Part shown: positions 1-10,930 of the stretch, piece after piece | Numbering within the stretch: position 1 is the stretch's first letter | Layout of the letters: each line of letters opens with the position of its first letter | Origin: Ginkgo biloba | Taxonomy: Eukaryota > Plantae > Ginkgophyta | Direction: 5' to 3' | Assembly: GCA_024626585.2 (NCBI GenBank) | Contig: JANKJI020000004.1 | Span: 143,978,614 to 143,995,906 of the forward strand | DNA length: 17,293 nucleotides | Position numbers and translations under genes: made by a program | Notes under the pieces: model-generated | What the model was told of the DNA's origin: nothing | The model's input: the letters and a program-made list of their open reading frames with translations, nothing else | Databases searched by the model: none

Positions 1-60
1 AACGCCTAGCTTTAGTCTCACAAGTTTTTCTTCACTTCAGTCTAAAGTGGACTTGAAACT

Positions 61-325
61 CATGCAACTCTGACTTGCATGCCGCATGTTTCTCCTCAAA
101 ATTAGCACCTAGTTTTGCATGTGCACATCATCGGTTGTCCTTGACTGCATGCATGTGCCCTCTCTCTCTTTTCTTTCACTAAATTGGCTTGCATGTACAT
201 GCATGTCCTTGCATGCAACCACAAAAGCATCCATACACGTACCCGCTTCATGCATGTTACTCCAATCACTTATGCATGCTCCGAAATTCGCATGCAACCA
301 TCAAAATCCTCATGCATGCATGCAA
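61..325. repeat. CATG/TGCA-dense low-complexity tract
   Basis: About 17 CATG tetramers in ~265 bp by manual count, including CATGCATGCATGCA at 311-324. Confidence 0.85.
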
Positions 326-340
326 ACCCTAACCTACAAG

Positions 341-443
341 AAAAAACAACTTTTTCGAATAGAAACTTTCTCAAAATAACAAATTTTTCCAAAAATAAAT
401 TTTTTCCCAAAATAGAAAATTTTCTCCAAACATAAAAATTTGC
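341..443. repeat. Degenerate tandem repeat, ~6 units of ~15-19 bp (AAAATAGAAAATTTTCTCC-like)
   Basis: aaaaaacaactttttcg / aatagaaactttctc / aaaataacaaatttttcc / aaaaataaattttttccc / aaaatagaaaattttctcc / aaacataaaaatttgc. Confidence 0.7.
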
Positions 444-522
444 TAGTANNNNNNNNNNNNNNNNNNNNNNNNNNNNNNNNNNNNNNNNNNNNNNNNNNNN
501 NNNNNNNNNNNNNNNNNNNNNN

Positions 523-1060
523 CTAACACAAACGATTGCTATCCTTTCCACCAAAAGCATAATGGGGTCAAGGCAATATCAATGGCCAATGATATGTCAA
601 GGATTCGAGCCCAAGATGACATATAAAGCAAGAAAGGAGAATATAATGGCAGATGCCCTTTCAAGGATGCCACAAGAAAATAATGTCACAAGGTGCAAGG
701 AACATTGAGGAGCGCAAAGGCATGATAAATGGTTTCATCAAGTAAGAAAAGCATTGGGAGATGGAGAACATCTCCAACNNNNNNNNNNNNNNNNNNNNNN
801 NNNNNNNNNNNNNNNNNNNNNNNNNNNNNNNNNNNNNNNNNNNAGATTCTCTGTGAGCTTCACAACAATCCTTTTGTGAGCCACGTGGGCTCCATCATAG
901 TCCTTTTGTAAGCACGTGGCAAGAGATAAGAAATATGAAACCACTAAGAAATGTGTATTGGAAGAAGGAGAAAGTAGATTATGTGAAGACATGTGAATAG
1001 TGTCAAGTTAATTAGGTGAAAAGGAAACAACCAACAGGATTGTTGATGTTGTTGCCACCT
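523..1060 (+). mobile_element. Ty3/gypsy pol remnant: RNase H C-terminus and integrase HHCC zinc finger
   Basis: 571-666 translates RQYQWPMICQGFEPKMTYKARKENIMADALSR (gypsy RNase H end, NxxADALSR). 846-890 gives ILCELHNNPFVSHVG and 956-1060 gives YWKKEKVDYVKTCE*CQVN*VKRKQPTGLLMLLPP (H-H-C-C followed by a GLLxPLP-like motif). The RH-then-INT order is gypsy. Confidence 0.92.
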
Positions 1061-1065
1061 CAAAC

Positions 1066-1718
1066 ATGATGGCCTTGGTCACTGATATGGTCAGATAGAC
1101 ACAGCAAGCCTTCCAGCAACAGCGAATGGACTTCTAGAAATAGTTGGCGCAAACATACTTGGACATGGCCAACTTCATCACTCAGCGCCAACAATATGGT
1201 ATTCAACGGGGTACTCCTCTAGGTGCTAACATTCCATAGGTTGTTCCTCTTCAGCCAACTTTAAAACTTGACACAAAGATTTCCATTCCTCAGTTTGAGG
1301 AGTCAATCAATCCTGAGGGCTTGGATAGCTAGATCAGGGCCATAGAGGCCTATTTCACTTGCCAACCGCAGCTCACAACACAATAGCATATCACTTTCAC
1401 AGTTGTACACATGTCCGAATAAGCACAGTTCTAGTGGCAGACTCATGTTCAAACACGAGCAGTTACTCAACAACCTGCCATCACCCAATTGGATGGCTTC
1501 AAGGCAATTGTCAAAGAACGACTCTATCTTTAGGGATACCTAGCCAACTTAAAAAATAAGTGGCTCCATTTAAGAAAGCAACTTGGATAGTTCGTGCAAC
1601 AGTACATAGATGCCTTCCATAAGATGTCCATCATGTTAGTTGTCACCAATGATGTTAAGAATCAACTGGTCAAGTTTGTCGATGGACTCTTTCTGTATCT
1701 ACAGTAAGAGTTTGAATT
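1066..1718 (+). mobile_element. Ty3/gypsy gag remnant (Retrotrans_gag capsid domain), pseudogenised
   Basis: A single unbroken frame from 1066 reads ...ISIPQFEESINPEGLDS*IRAIEAYF...AQF*WQTH...FKAIVKERLYL*GYLANLKNKWLHLRKQLG*FVQQYIDAFHKM...LVKFVDGL. This fits the gag pattern IPxF..W..YF..WW..F..LRQxxxxSVxxY..F..KFxxGL. It has 11 in-frame stops and no frameshift. Confidence 0.88.
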
Positions 1719-1818
1719 NNNNNNNNNNNNNNNNNNNNNNNNNNNNNNNNNNNNNNNNNNNNNNNNNNNNNNNNNNNNNNNNNNNNNNNNNNNNNNNNNN
1801 NNNNNNNNNNNNNNNNNN
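1719..1818. other. 100-N assembly gap (probably unsized join)
   Basis: Exactly 100 N. Confidence 0.9.
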
Positions 1819-2937
1819 AAAGGGTATATCCCACATTTGTAAAGGTGAGGGATCACTTTTGTTTTCTCACTTATAGTGAATTTTTTCTAATGAAAAGCAA
1901 TTGAGTTGGTTTTCAACACTTCAGGTTTCTTGCAAGTTTTAGTTGTGCACCAGTTTGCCTCTTGCGTTTGCAAGTTCTCTCACCCAACCGGTTCGATCCT
2001 AGTCAATCAAGTGTTTATTGATGTGATTCCACATCAAAATCAATAAACGAGAAAAGAAAAGTCCAATGTAAGGTGCCAATAGGAGAGTGACATGTGGCAA
2101 ACAACCTCATAGGATGGCAATTGGGATTAGGGCAATTCTAAAACAAAATCTATGGGGTTTATGACAACCGAACTTCATAATAAAATCAAAGTCATGTTTG
2201 GGCTTCACAACTTTGGACTCTTTGGCCTTATTTTTTGGCTTTCACTCCGTATATCTATTCTATGGATTCTCCTTATTCAATAGCTTGTTGGACATTCTAC
2301 ATAAGTCAAATTTTCAAATCGGAATATTCAGCATGTGGTTGAAATGGATGTGTCTCACCAGGGTTATTCCCCTTCCAAAGTTAGAGCATTGCTGTCCTAG
2401 GTGACATCATCATCATAAGGATATATTTTTTATGCAAACACCTCCTTTGCTAAGGAACCTCCAAAAAAATGATGCATGCCTCTCAACCCACCCCTCATCA
2501 AGGATCATTTTTGGCTTGGTTGCTATTTGTAAAGTAAAGCATTGCTCCTCCAAATTGTTGTTGGAGGTTTTCTAGCAAATAGTTACAGAAGTCTCCATTA
2601 AATTTAGGGTTTTGACTAGTTGAGTTCCATGGAACCATAGATACATAGAAACCATAACCTACAGAATGCATTATGATTAATATAAATAGACTATGGAAAA
2701 AATTAATCAATGAATGTTTTCTTAAGTCACATTCTCTATGGATTTTATGGATGATTTGATACATTTATGGTTGAAAATGATGCATGAGCATGCTAATTTA
2801 GTTAAGAAACCCTTCTTTTGCATGCTCACGAATACTTGTCATACTGATGTCCAAACCCTAGGTCTTGATCATAGGGTGGTATTTGTTTAACTAGCAGTGG
2901 GTTGAGATATATGTAGGATGGTGGTACAATTAGTGGA

Positions 2938-3074
2938 TTGAAAGAATACCCCTTAGTTCTATTAGTCATGCAAGTTGAAAGATACCCAGACTAACTATCA
3001 AGTTGAAAGGATACCCACTAGATTGTTAGTCACTCATACCATAACTTAACATAAATGGGTTAAAATGATACCCG
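2938..3074 (+). repeat. Short dispersed direct repeats (CAAGTTGAAAG(G)ATACCC), 3-4 copies, probably TE non-coding region
   Basis: ttgaaagaatacccc at 2938, caagttgaaagataccca at 2971, caagttgaaaggataccca at 2999 and a degenerate gttaaaatgatacccg at 3059. Confidence 0.6.
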
Positions 3075-4603
3075 AAGAGAGGTACCTTAACTAGATAAAC
3101 TTAAATACTACAAGTTAGGGGTGGATCCTACTTACACCTTGTGGTGCCAAAGAAGGGTTGAAATATTGATGTCAAATGAAGCGGTGGAGTCTACTAGAGC
3201 AATCATTGTTGCTAAGCAATGACAATGTGTGCAAGGATACTACCGAAGTTTGGCTATTGACACAAGAATCCTTTTAGGTCATAGGTGCCATTTTTTGATC
3301 CAAGTACAGGGTGAGGTTGCTACATTGTCCCACAACTAACCAATTTGTCTACTTACGAGAGACACTAGAGTGAATATACTTCCATCTATTGTGTGAAAAT
3401 AAATCAATTGGGGGCTAAGAAAACCAAACATTTGGTGTTGGTCCACCCCAATCTTCATCTTCATTCTCGAGTCACACGAGTCTCGATTGTCTATGATGTA
3501 GAATTATGATGCAAAGAGAGACGATCTCCACTTCGATATTGTGTAAGGGGGTGATGACCTTGATGCCTTTAAGAGTAGTTGTGGTAGTGGTATTAGGCCA
3601 TCCTTTGTGGGATACTCAAAGCATAAAGTCTTTCAACAAATTATTACAATGGGCTTGCATATGATCACTATGATAAGAATTCTAAAAATCCTTTCAAATG
3701 ATGAGTACTAGCATTTAGGCTTTAGCATGTTTTACTTTTAAATGTAAACTATATGAATCGTGATATTGATTAGCATGTTTTACTAATCAATGCTTAATTT
3801 CATGTTTGTGACTTCTAAAGCATTGTATGTTCTATCATCTACCTTATAGATGAAATCTGAAGATTTATTGATGGATTGTGACGCTATGGATAGAATCGAG
3901 TATAATTGAGATTTGCTCATCATAATGAATGTCTCAATATCTTTTATTAAAAAAATAAAAAGTGTTTCTTATTATGAAACTTTCAAAATCTCATGTTTTT
4001 CATTCCATAAATGATTCCTGTTTCTGGTAACTAGGCATTGCACTATCTTTTGCTTTTGGGTGGAAACCTACATTTCTAAGCATTACACTTTGGGATTTTT
4101 CCAAGTAAAGGCAAATTTATGATTTGCACATAACTTGTTGAAAGCTCAACATTGTTGAAAATTATATTGAGGAACACCATTTAACTAATAACCGATGTTC
4201 TATAAATTGATGCTTACCATCAAAAAACTAATCCAGTACCATTGTTGGCCATTATAGCAAACTCCAAGTCCAAGTGAAATACAAAAATCTTTATGCTCTT
4301 TGCATTGAACTAGGATCTAGCACCTTTTGCAACTCATAAACAACTATTGCCATTCCACCTCAAATATAATGCACTTCTCTTTTCAATTGAAAATGTGCTC
4401 TCAATACATTTAAATTTCTTTAAACATAGCTAGCAAGTCATAGAAAAGAACTTTCCTTTTGTTCATAAAAACCTTTTCATTAGCTATGAGACAGCACGAT
4501 GATCATATAAAACTGAAAATCACATCTGTGTAGGGACATTCACTAATCCAAATGACTATTGTCAACAACTTGGCACTGAATTGAATGGTGAAATATTATT
4601 TAC

Positions 4604-4783
4604 CCTTGTTTCTAAATAGTGAATCTTCTCCATTGCCCTATCTTGCTCCTCTTCTGCCTCAATAAGAAGATTTTCAATGTGCCTATGCTCTTTGATAACG
4701 ATCACTAGCCTCTTATCCATGTCCCTATTTAACCGAACGATTTCCTCAAGTTGGGTTTGCAGCTCATATAGTTGTGTCTCAAG
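4604..4783 (-). CDS. Internal coding exon (180 nt, phase 0/0), coiled-coil segment; the expected second coding exon of the same family as 16322-16567
   Basis: On the minus strand the acceptor is ttttcttggtatgtttaacctcAG|CTT and the donor is AGG|GTAAAT. It translates without stops as LETQLYELQTQLEEIVRLNRDMDKRLVIVIKEHRHIENLLIEAEEEQDRAMEKIHYLETR, with heptad periodicity and AT-rich intronic flanks. It is absent from the supplied ORF track. Confidence 0.85.
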
Positions 4784-6089
4784 CTGAGGTTAAACATACC
4801 AAGAAAAGAAAATGACAAAGTAAGCTTCAAAAAGAGGTACAATAATGAAAACAAACAACAAAATTATTTTTCATGATGTAAGAAGCACAAAATGATACGA
4901 GAGAAAGATTAAATGCCAAAAACATCTTTAGAAAAATTTGTAGTCTTGGTTAAAGATAAAAGATTCAATAAAAAGTAATGTTTTATGTGAAAAACATTAT
5001 TTGCACATTACATTTAGCATTTTAGTTAACATGAGTTACCAAACAATAGAGATACTCTACAATGATCTTTGAAATATGCATGGCTCTTTTAATGAATAAC
5101 CCAAAGAAGCATACATTATGGTACAACTAGATCATTTGAGTTATTTCTAATACTTAGCAACATCAAAAGTGCTAGTGGAGGGAACAAAAGTGGCATTAGA
5201 TTGAAGAAGTGCACAAATAATGCCAACACACTTAAATACATTTACTCGAAAAAAATGTAAAAATATGCTCAAAAAGTAGCTCGAGAAGGAACACAATTAA
5301 ATACATTTTCCCCAATCTATCTAGCATACTAGCAATGACTATTCCCTCAATCCTACCTATCAAGAAAAGCCGCACCCATTTTGCAAAAGTTATAGGTGCA
5401 CAAATCACAATACCCATCAAAATTGATAATCAACCTAGATTATGAACCAAAATGTAGCCTCCTTAGACCATGCCAACCATCTGAATGCCTTCACTACAAT
5501 CAATTCAACCATCCCAATAGAGAATGTCCACATCAACAATCTGATCCAAACACTTGAAAAGTTTGCTTGCAGAGCAGCAACTCCATCGTAGATTGCCCCA
5601 GACTTTCAAAGTATCACAAAAACAAAAAAAGTAAACTTGATGTCCTAACAACCGAAGGTGAACAAAATGCACATCAGATCACAAGAGCCAATTCCACTTG
5701 AACCACACCCCTCTCAAATCAAGTCAAGGGTGCATGACAAGGTGCATCCATCTAACACTCCAATTCAATCAATCCCATAATATAAAACCCTACACAATCA
5801 CAAGCCTAAATACCCAAACCATTGACAAGAAAAACAATAATTTCAAGCAACCATGCAGGATATCCAAGACTTACAAGAAGCAATAGATCCTTTCTCAACT
5901 AGATAAATAGAAAAACACTTTGGTTTAACTTCACAATAAAAGGATGTTGACGCCATGGCAACACACAACCAATGCCTATTTCAAAAACTAATGTAAATGC
6001 TTGATGAAGATGATATGATAGAATGCGTGATGGAGATCTTCACAAGCTTCGCCAACTTGAGCATTTAAAACAAATAAAATGCAAAAAAA

Positions 6090-6720
6090 ACCATGAAAAA
6101 GCATAAAGAGTTACAATTTAACCTTGACCACCCTCCATTCAAAGAACACTTCCGATTTGGAAATCAAATTTTATGGGAGATCCAGGTTATTAGATGCCAA
6201 GCCCCAAACTCTTATATATACCTGTCTTGCAAAATTATCAAAACCATGCACAATATAAAGGCAATTAAGACATCTTTGCAAAGAAGTTGATTCCAAACCT
6301 CAAAGAAAATTGCAAATCATGGGACATCCAAGATCCCTACCATAGTAGACTTTAGCCCCAGAGTAAATCTCTTACTTGTGCAAACCTAGCACGACATGGA
6401 TAAACCAACCTTTCAACACTCACACTGCAACACAACAGTTGCAAATGCACAAAGCATCATGCCATTAATGAGATTGATTGATGTGTCAATATCATTCCAC
6501 AAATTCACTATCATGGCCGACTTTAATTTGGCCCCTATCCAGATCATCCTAATATCTATAAGGCACTCATTGATACACCATAGATCTCAAAAATACACAG
6601 AGGTATGTGCATGGACAAAGGGAAGCTATGATTCAAGCAAGGGAAATGAAAGCTCATAGTCCCCTTGAATCCAAAGTGTGAACCCTCTATCATAGAAAAT
6701 GAGGAAGTTGAATATGATAA
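6090..6720 (+). mobile_element. Gypsy (non-chromovirus, Athila/Tat-like) aspartic protease remnant with probable gag C-terminal flank
   Basis: From 6333 it reads IPTIVDFSPRVNLLLVQT*HDMDKPTFQHSHCNTTVANAQSIMPLMRLIDVSISFHKFTIMADF, then after a frameshift YKALIDTP*ISK...KL*FKQGK*KLIVPLNP. This matches the retropepsin pattern LDxGSxVNxxPxxTWxxMGKPxL..ANxxxIxPLGxL..DF..YxALLGxxW. The catalytic Asp codon is at 6348-6350. Element boundaries are uncertain and may extend ~5440-7543. Confidence 0.75.
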
Positions 6721-9006
6721 GGAAATTATGGATATTCCTAAACCTAAGGATCTATAGCATTGCTATGCTACACATGACAACACCCAAGAACTAACAAAAG
6801 AAGCCAATTTACCCCACAAGCCTTCTAAATTCAGTAGTGCTAACTCTAATGCATGCCTAGTGGACTGAAAAACTTTCGATCACGACACCTACTCAATTTG
6901 TTGCTTCTTCAAGCCTGCCAAAGCAACATCCAATGCAATAGTAACTCATATATCATCTAAAGAAGGTGTTACAACATGAACTTATTCAGATATCTCTAAT
7001 ATTCCAATCTTCCATGATCTAAATATTGTAGACCATGTTGTGCATTTGTCTTCAGTGATCTCCTTTATCCACCACCATTCTCTGCTCACAATCATATTAT
7101 AATTCCCCAAAAAAATCTACAAACAAGCCATTTAGTGCTTTTTTGCAATCAACGCCACATTTTGGCATTGTTTTGAATATTTAAAAGATCTAGATCTACC
7201 TTTGTTCGATAGGTTAATTCCTCCATAAGACCATATCCATGCTTGCATCAAGCACTAGAAATACAAAGAAGAATTCAATGAGGCTTACTAGTTGCTTTTG
7301 TCTGCAGCTACACTAGCACCAATCCCTTACAACTAGCGCAAAGAGCAAGAAACCAAATATTAGACACGATATTGGATAGAACTCATAGAACTTAAAAAAA
7401 AAAGAGAAATGAAAAAATCATGGTCTTCGAAAACGAGAGAAATGATAAAAATCAAACACATCCTCCACCCTATCAAAGAGTCTGTGTTTAATGAATCCTT
7501 TGAAATGAATCTAGATGAATATTTGAGACATCATATTTTTTAATTATCTTCCAGAATTTTTCTTCTACGTGTATCATTCTCCCTATCTTCTTCAAACAAT
7601 GTGACTTGGAGGACAGAAACCTTTAGTAAATTACCTATGAAGTTGCTTTTGAATTTGCCATAGTACGAAGGGTTCCAAAGGAGAAGCGACTTGACAAAGC
7701 AACCTGCAGGCAAATTGGCATAGTAAACTTGGAAATCATACTGCAAGAAAAACCAATTTTCCGCATTTGAGGAAGCCTAGAGGTCATTTATTAGCCATCT
7801 TCTAGGAACAAAAGCATTATTTCAAAGTCAACTTAGCCCATTGAGATGCATCTTGTCAAGTTGACTCGAGAAAGGTATCGTACTTGGTACACTAGACACC
7901 AGATAGATGTTGGATGTCAAACTTAGTATATCACTTTTTTAGTTGGCAGCAGATTTTCTCAGTTTGACCCACAAGTTCAAACAAGAAAAGAGCAGGAAAC
8001 AATTCAGCTTGCTCGTAGGAGCAAGCAACAATTCCACACTGTTGGAGAAGCCTTGAAAGTGCTTAATTGCTGAAGAAAATTGAAGTGGATTGACAGTGAC
8101 TTAATCAGATACACAGAACTGCTAGTTAAAGCAGAATAAGGATTGGAAACCCAGTTGGTAAGCATTATACTGCTTTATGTTGGATGTCATGGTGTTAGTC
8201 TGACAGTCTTATGATGTAAGTAACGAATTGTAGTAGATTGGATAACTAAGCCTTGTGTCTTATAGTGATATTTAGCCATAGATTAACAATTTAACATAAA
8301 CAAAAGTCCACACCATAGAGTGTTGGTTGTTGATGGTTGTTGCATAAATTGCATAAGGGTTGGATGCTCAAGGTTGGATCCTGTAGATTGAAAAGATCAA
8401 CTTGACCTTTGAGTATCACGAGATAAAGGGGTGGAAATGAAGTCATGAGCCACATGATTGTGTTGCTAGATCAGAGAATGGGCACTGTTTGCACCATGAC
8501 CTATGGTTCAGTAGCGAGGATGGATTTTGTGGAACCATTGGTGGGAAGGATTGATTCCTTAGATCCACATAGGCAAGAAGGACAGATTGTGAGGATTTGC
8601 CAAGGGATAATACTTGTATATCGTGTGGAATCCCTAATAGATGATATGATGGAGGCATCATTGCATAATGATGTTCTTAATTGGATGTTGGGGGATCATC
8701 TAGCATACAAGTTCCTTCGAGTCTTGCATGATATGGCAATGCTTTATAAGCCCAATATTTTGAAGACACGCTCAGTGTTCATCTCCTTGTTGCAATAATA
8801 TTGGTTGGTTGAGTATTAACATAGGTACCAGGTTTTGGAGGAACCAAGGATGGCGCATGTAACAACATCCTTTGCCATAGACACTCAACTGCTTCAACAA
8901 AAATGCAGAGTTAGGCATTATAAAGCAATGTAATTTGAGGTTTGCAATTACATCTGCTTTTATAGATGAAATGGAATGTGATGAAACACACATGGATTCA
9001 ATTAGT

Positions 9007-10330
9007 GTATTAGTAGGAAACCCCTACCAATATTATATCAAATAAGTTTATTATTCTATTGAAAATAATTATATGCTCATAAAATATAAAGAGAATCTAA
9101 TTACTCCTTCTCTTAATACTCATTGAACTTATTTATAATCTACTAAGAAATCCACCATGATTGCAAATAATATAAAAAAATTAATTAATTAATTATGATT
9201 ATAATTATAGAGGAATCTTTAACTTGAGATGTATTGGTAGTTTAAGATTCTTACCGACAAGGTATATTTTCTCTTATGAAATATTATTATGATATATTAA
9301 GGATCCAAAAGGGATTCCTCCTTAAATATATATAGGATATTAAATAGATCTAGTTTTAGGTTTTATCCTTCTTAATTATCTATTATATAAATATTTAATA
9401 AGTGAAAATGATAAAGTAAAAATACAACTATAAGAACTCATTGATAATGGACATATCAAACTTATCACTTTTCCATATGGATCACCAATTCTCCTACTCT
9501 ATAAGAAATATGGAACATGGAGGCTATGTATTCATTAAATTATGATCCATCAATATAATTACAATTAAAAATTGATATACACTTCTTAGGATTAATGATA
9601 CCGTTAATTAACTTTATGATGCTAAGATATTTTTGAAGATTGATCTTAAAAATGGGTATTATCAAGTGTGAGTAAAATACAAAGAAATTGAGAATATAAC
9701 TTTTAATCATATATTTAGATTTTTTAAATGGGTTTTTATATCATTTTCAATTACTAATGCACCTAAAATATNNNNNNNNNNNNNNNNNNNNNTAATCTAG
9801 TCTATCATAGACAACTTCATATATACTATCTCTATGATGTTCTCACCTTTATTAAGATATATTTAGAGAATATAAAACATCTATAACATGTATTATAACT
9901 TATTAATCAACATCAACTTTAAGTACATTTGTTAAAATCCTCTTTTGATAAGTAAAGTGTCTCTTACCTTAGATTTGCCATTAATTATAAAGGTGTGAAT
10001 ATGGATCCTAATAATATTCAATCCTACAATATTAGCATATTCCTTCCATACTTTTTGGATTATGTATTTTATTAGGACTTGCTAATTTATTTCATAAATT
10101 TATTTTGAACTACTCAACTATTAATATTCCACTTCATCATCTCAATAAAGGAAAAATTCTATTTATTGGTCCCCTAAAAATAACGTGCATTCCAAGGACT
10201 TAAATATGCACTTTAAAAAAGACAAATTAGCTCTACCTCACCTTAAATAACCTTTTAAATTGAAATTAATTATTTAAATGATACCTTGGTTTTCATTCTT
10301 AAACAAAATGGTCATCTAGTTGAATGCCCT
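9007..10330 (+). mobile_element. Ty3/gypsy pol remnant: protease end, reverse transcriptase and RNase H start; extremely AT-eroded
   Basis: Recognisable decayed motifs occur in order: VLVGNPY (protease end), KDPKGIPP, L*ELIDNGHIKLITFPYGSPILLLYKKYGTWRLCI, ITIKN*YTLLRIND, AKIFLKIDLKNGYYQV, KWVFISFSITNAP, YLYDVLTF (from YLDDILIF), YLRFAINYKGVNMDP, LLGLANLFHKFI, LALPHLK*PF and ILKQNGHLV. Confidence 0.93.
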
Positions 10331-10430
10331 NNNNNNNNNNNNNNNNNNNNNNNNNNNNNNNNNNNNNNNNNNNNNNNNNNNNNNNNNNNNNNNNNNNNNN
10401 NNNNNNNNNNNNNNNNNNNNNNNNNNNNNN
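10331..10430. other. 100-N assembly gap (probably unsized join)
   Basis: Exactly 100 N; base composition and element type change across it. Confidence 0.9.
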
Positions 10431-10930
10431 TCATATTTTTTAATAAGCTTCAAGAAGCCAACACCTAAGAATCCAAATGAAATACGAAATGAAATCCCTA
10501 AAAAATACATACAAGTATATGAAGCCGAGCGCACAACCGATGACTAGGGAATTCTAACACTAGACCAAACATCAAGCAAGCCCTATCTTCATGAATGCAA
10601 GGCAAGCACTTTAAACATGGAAACAAAGGAAGAACCACAAAAAAAGTTCATGGAAGATTATTGAACTGAATTTGTTGGTCATGAAACTAAGTGTTACAAC
10701 TCAGACTTTGAAGAAAAAGGCAACTCAAGCTTTGACAAATTTAACCTTGAAAAGTGGAACCAATAATACCTTGAGAAGCGCCCTTAATTTAGCACGTAGA
10801 GACACCAAGAGAACAAAGCTAAATGGTGGGGCCCGATTATGTATTCTTCGAGTAATGACAAAACCCCAAGAAGAGGTCTTGAAGAGAGAGAAAATTGTGA
10901 AGGGTAAGACCAAAAGGGAATTCTAGCGTA
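10431..10930 (+). mobile_element. Probable internally deleted gypsy pol fragment (pre-RT linker and GPY/F-like integrase tail)
   Basis: The decayed frame contains TLNMETKEEPQKKFMEDY* (like the NIGTEExPKxxxIGDYW linker before RT in non-chromovirus gypsy) and later KAKWWGPIM (like KWxGPF). Similarity is weak and judged by eye. Confidence 0.4.

Noticed and set aside
109-435. Overlapping His/Met/Cys/Ala-rich ORFs
   Set aside because: They are by-products of the CATG repeat, which lacks stops in several frames.
2938-3074. GTTGAAAG-containing repeats reminiscent of CRISPR repeat ends
   Set aside because: The repeats are short and degenerate with irregular spacers, the context is eukaryotic, and there are no cas genes.
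8007-8026. Perfect 8-bp hairpin GCTTGCTC-gtag-GAGCAAGC
   Set aside because: Too short to exceed chance in 17 kb, with no supporting context.
8445-8798. 117-aa ORF
   Set aside because: No recognisable domain or splice structure; probably TE-derived non-coding or degenerate sequence.
1066-10330. gag (1066-1718) and PR-RT-RH (9007-10330) as one interrupted element
   Set aside because: They are separated by a 100-N join and a host exon, and their mutational loads differ greatly.
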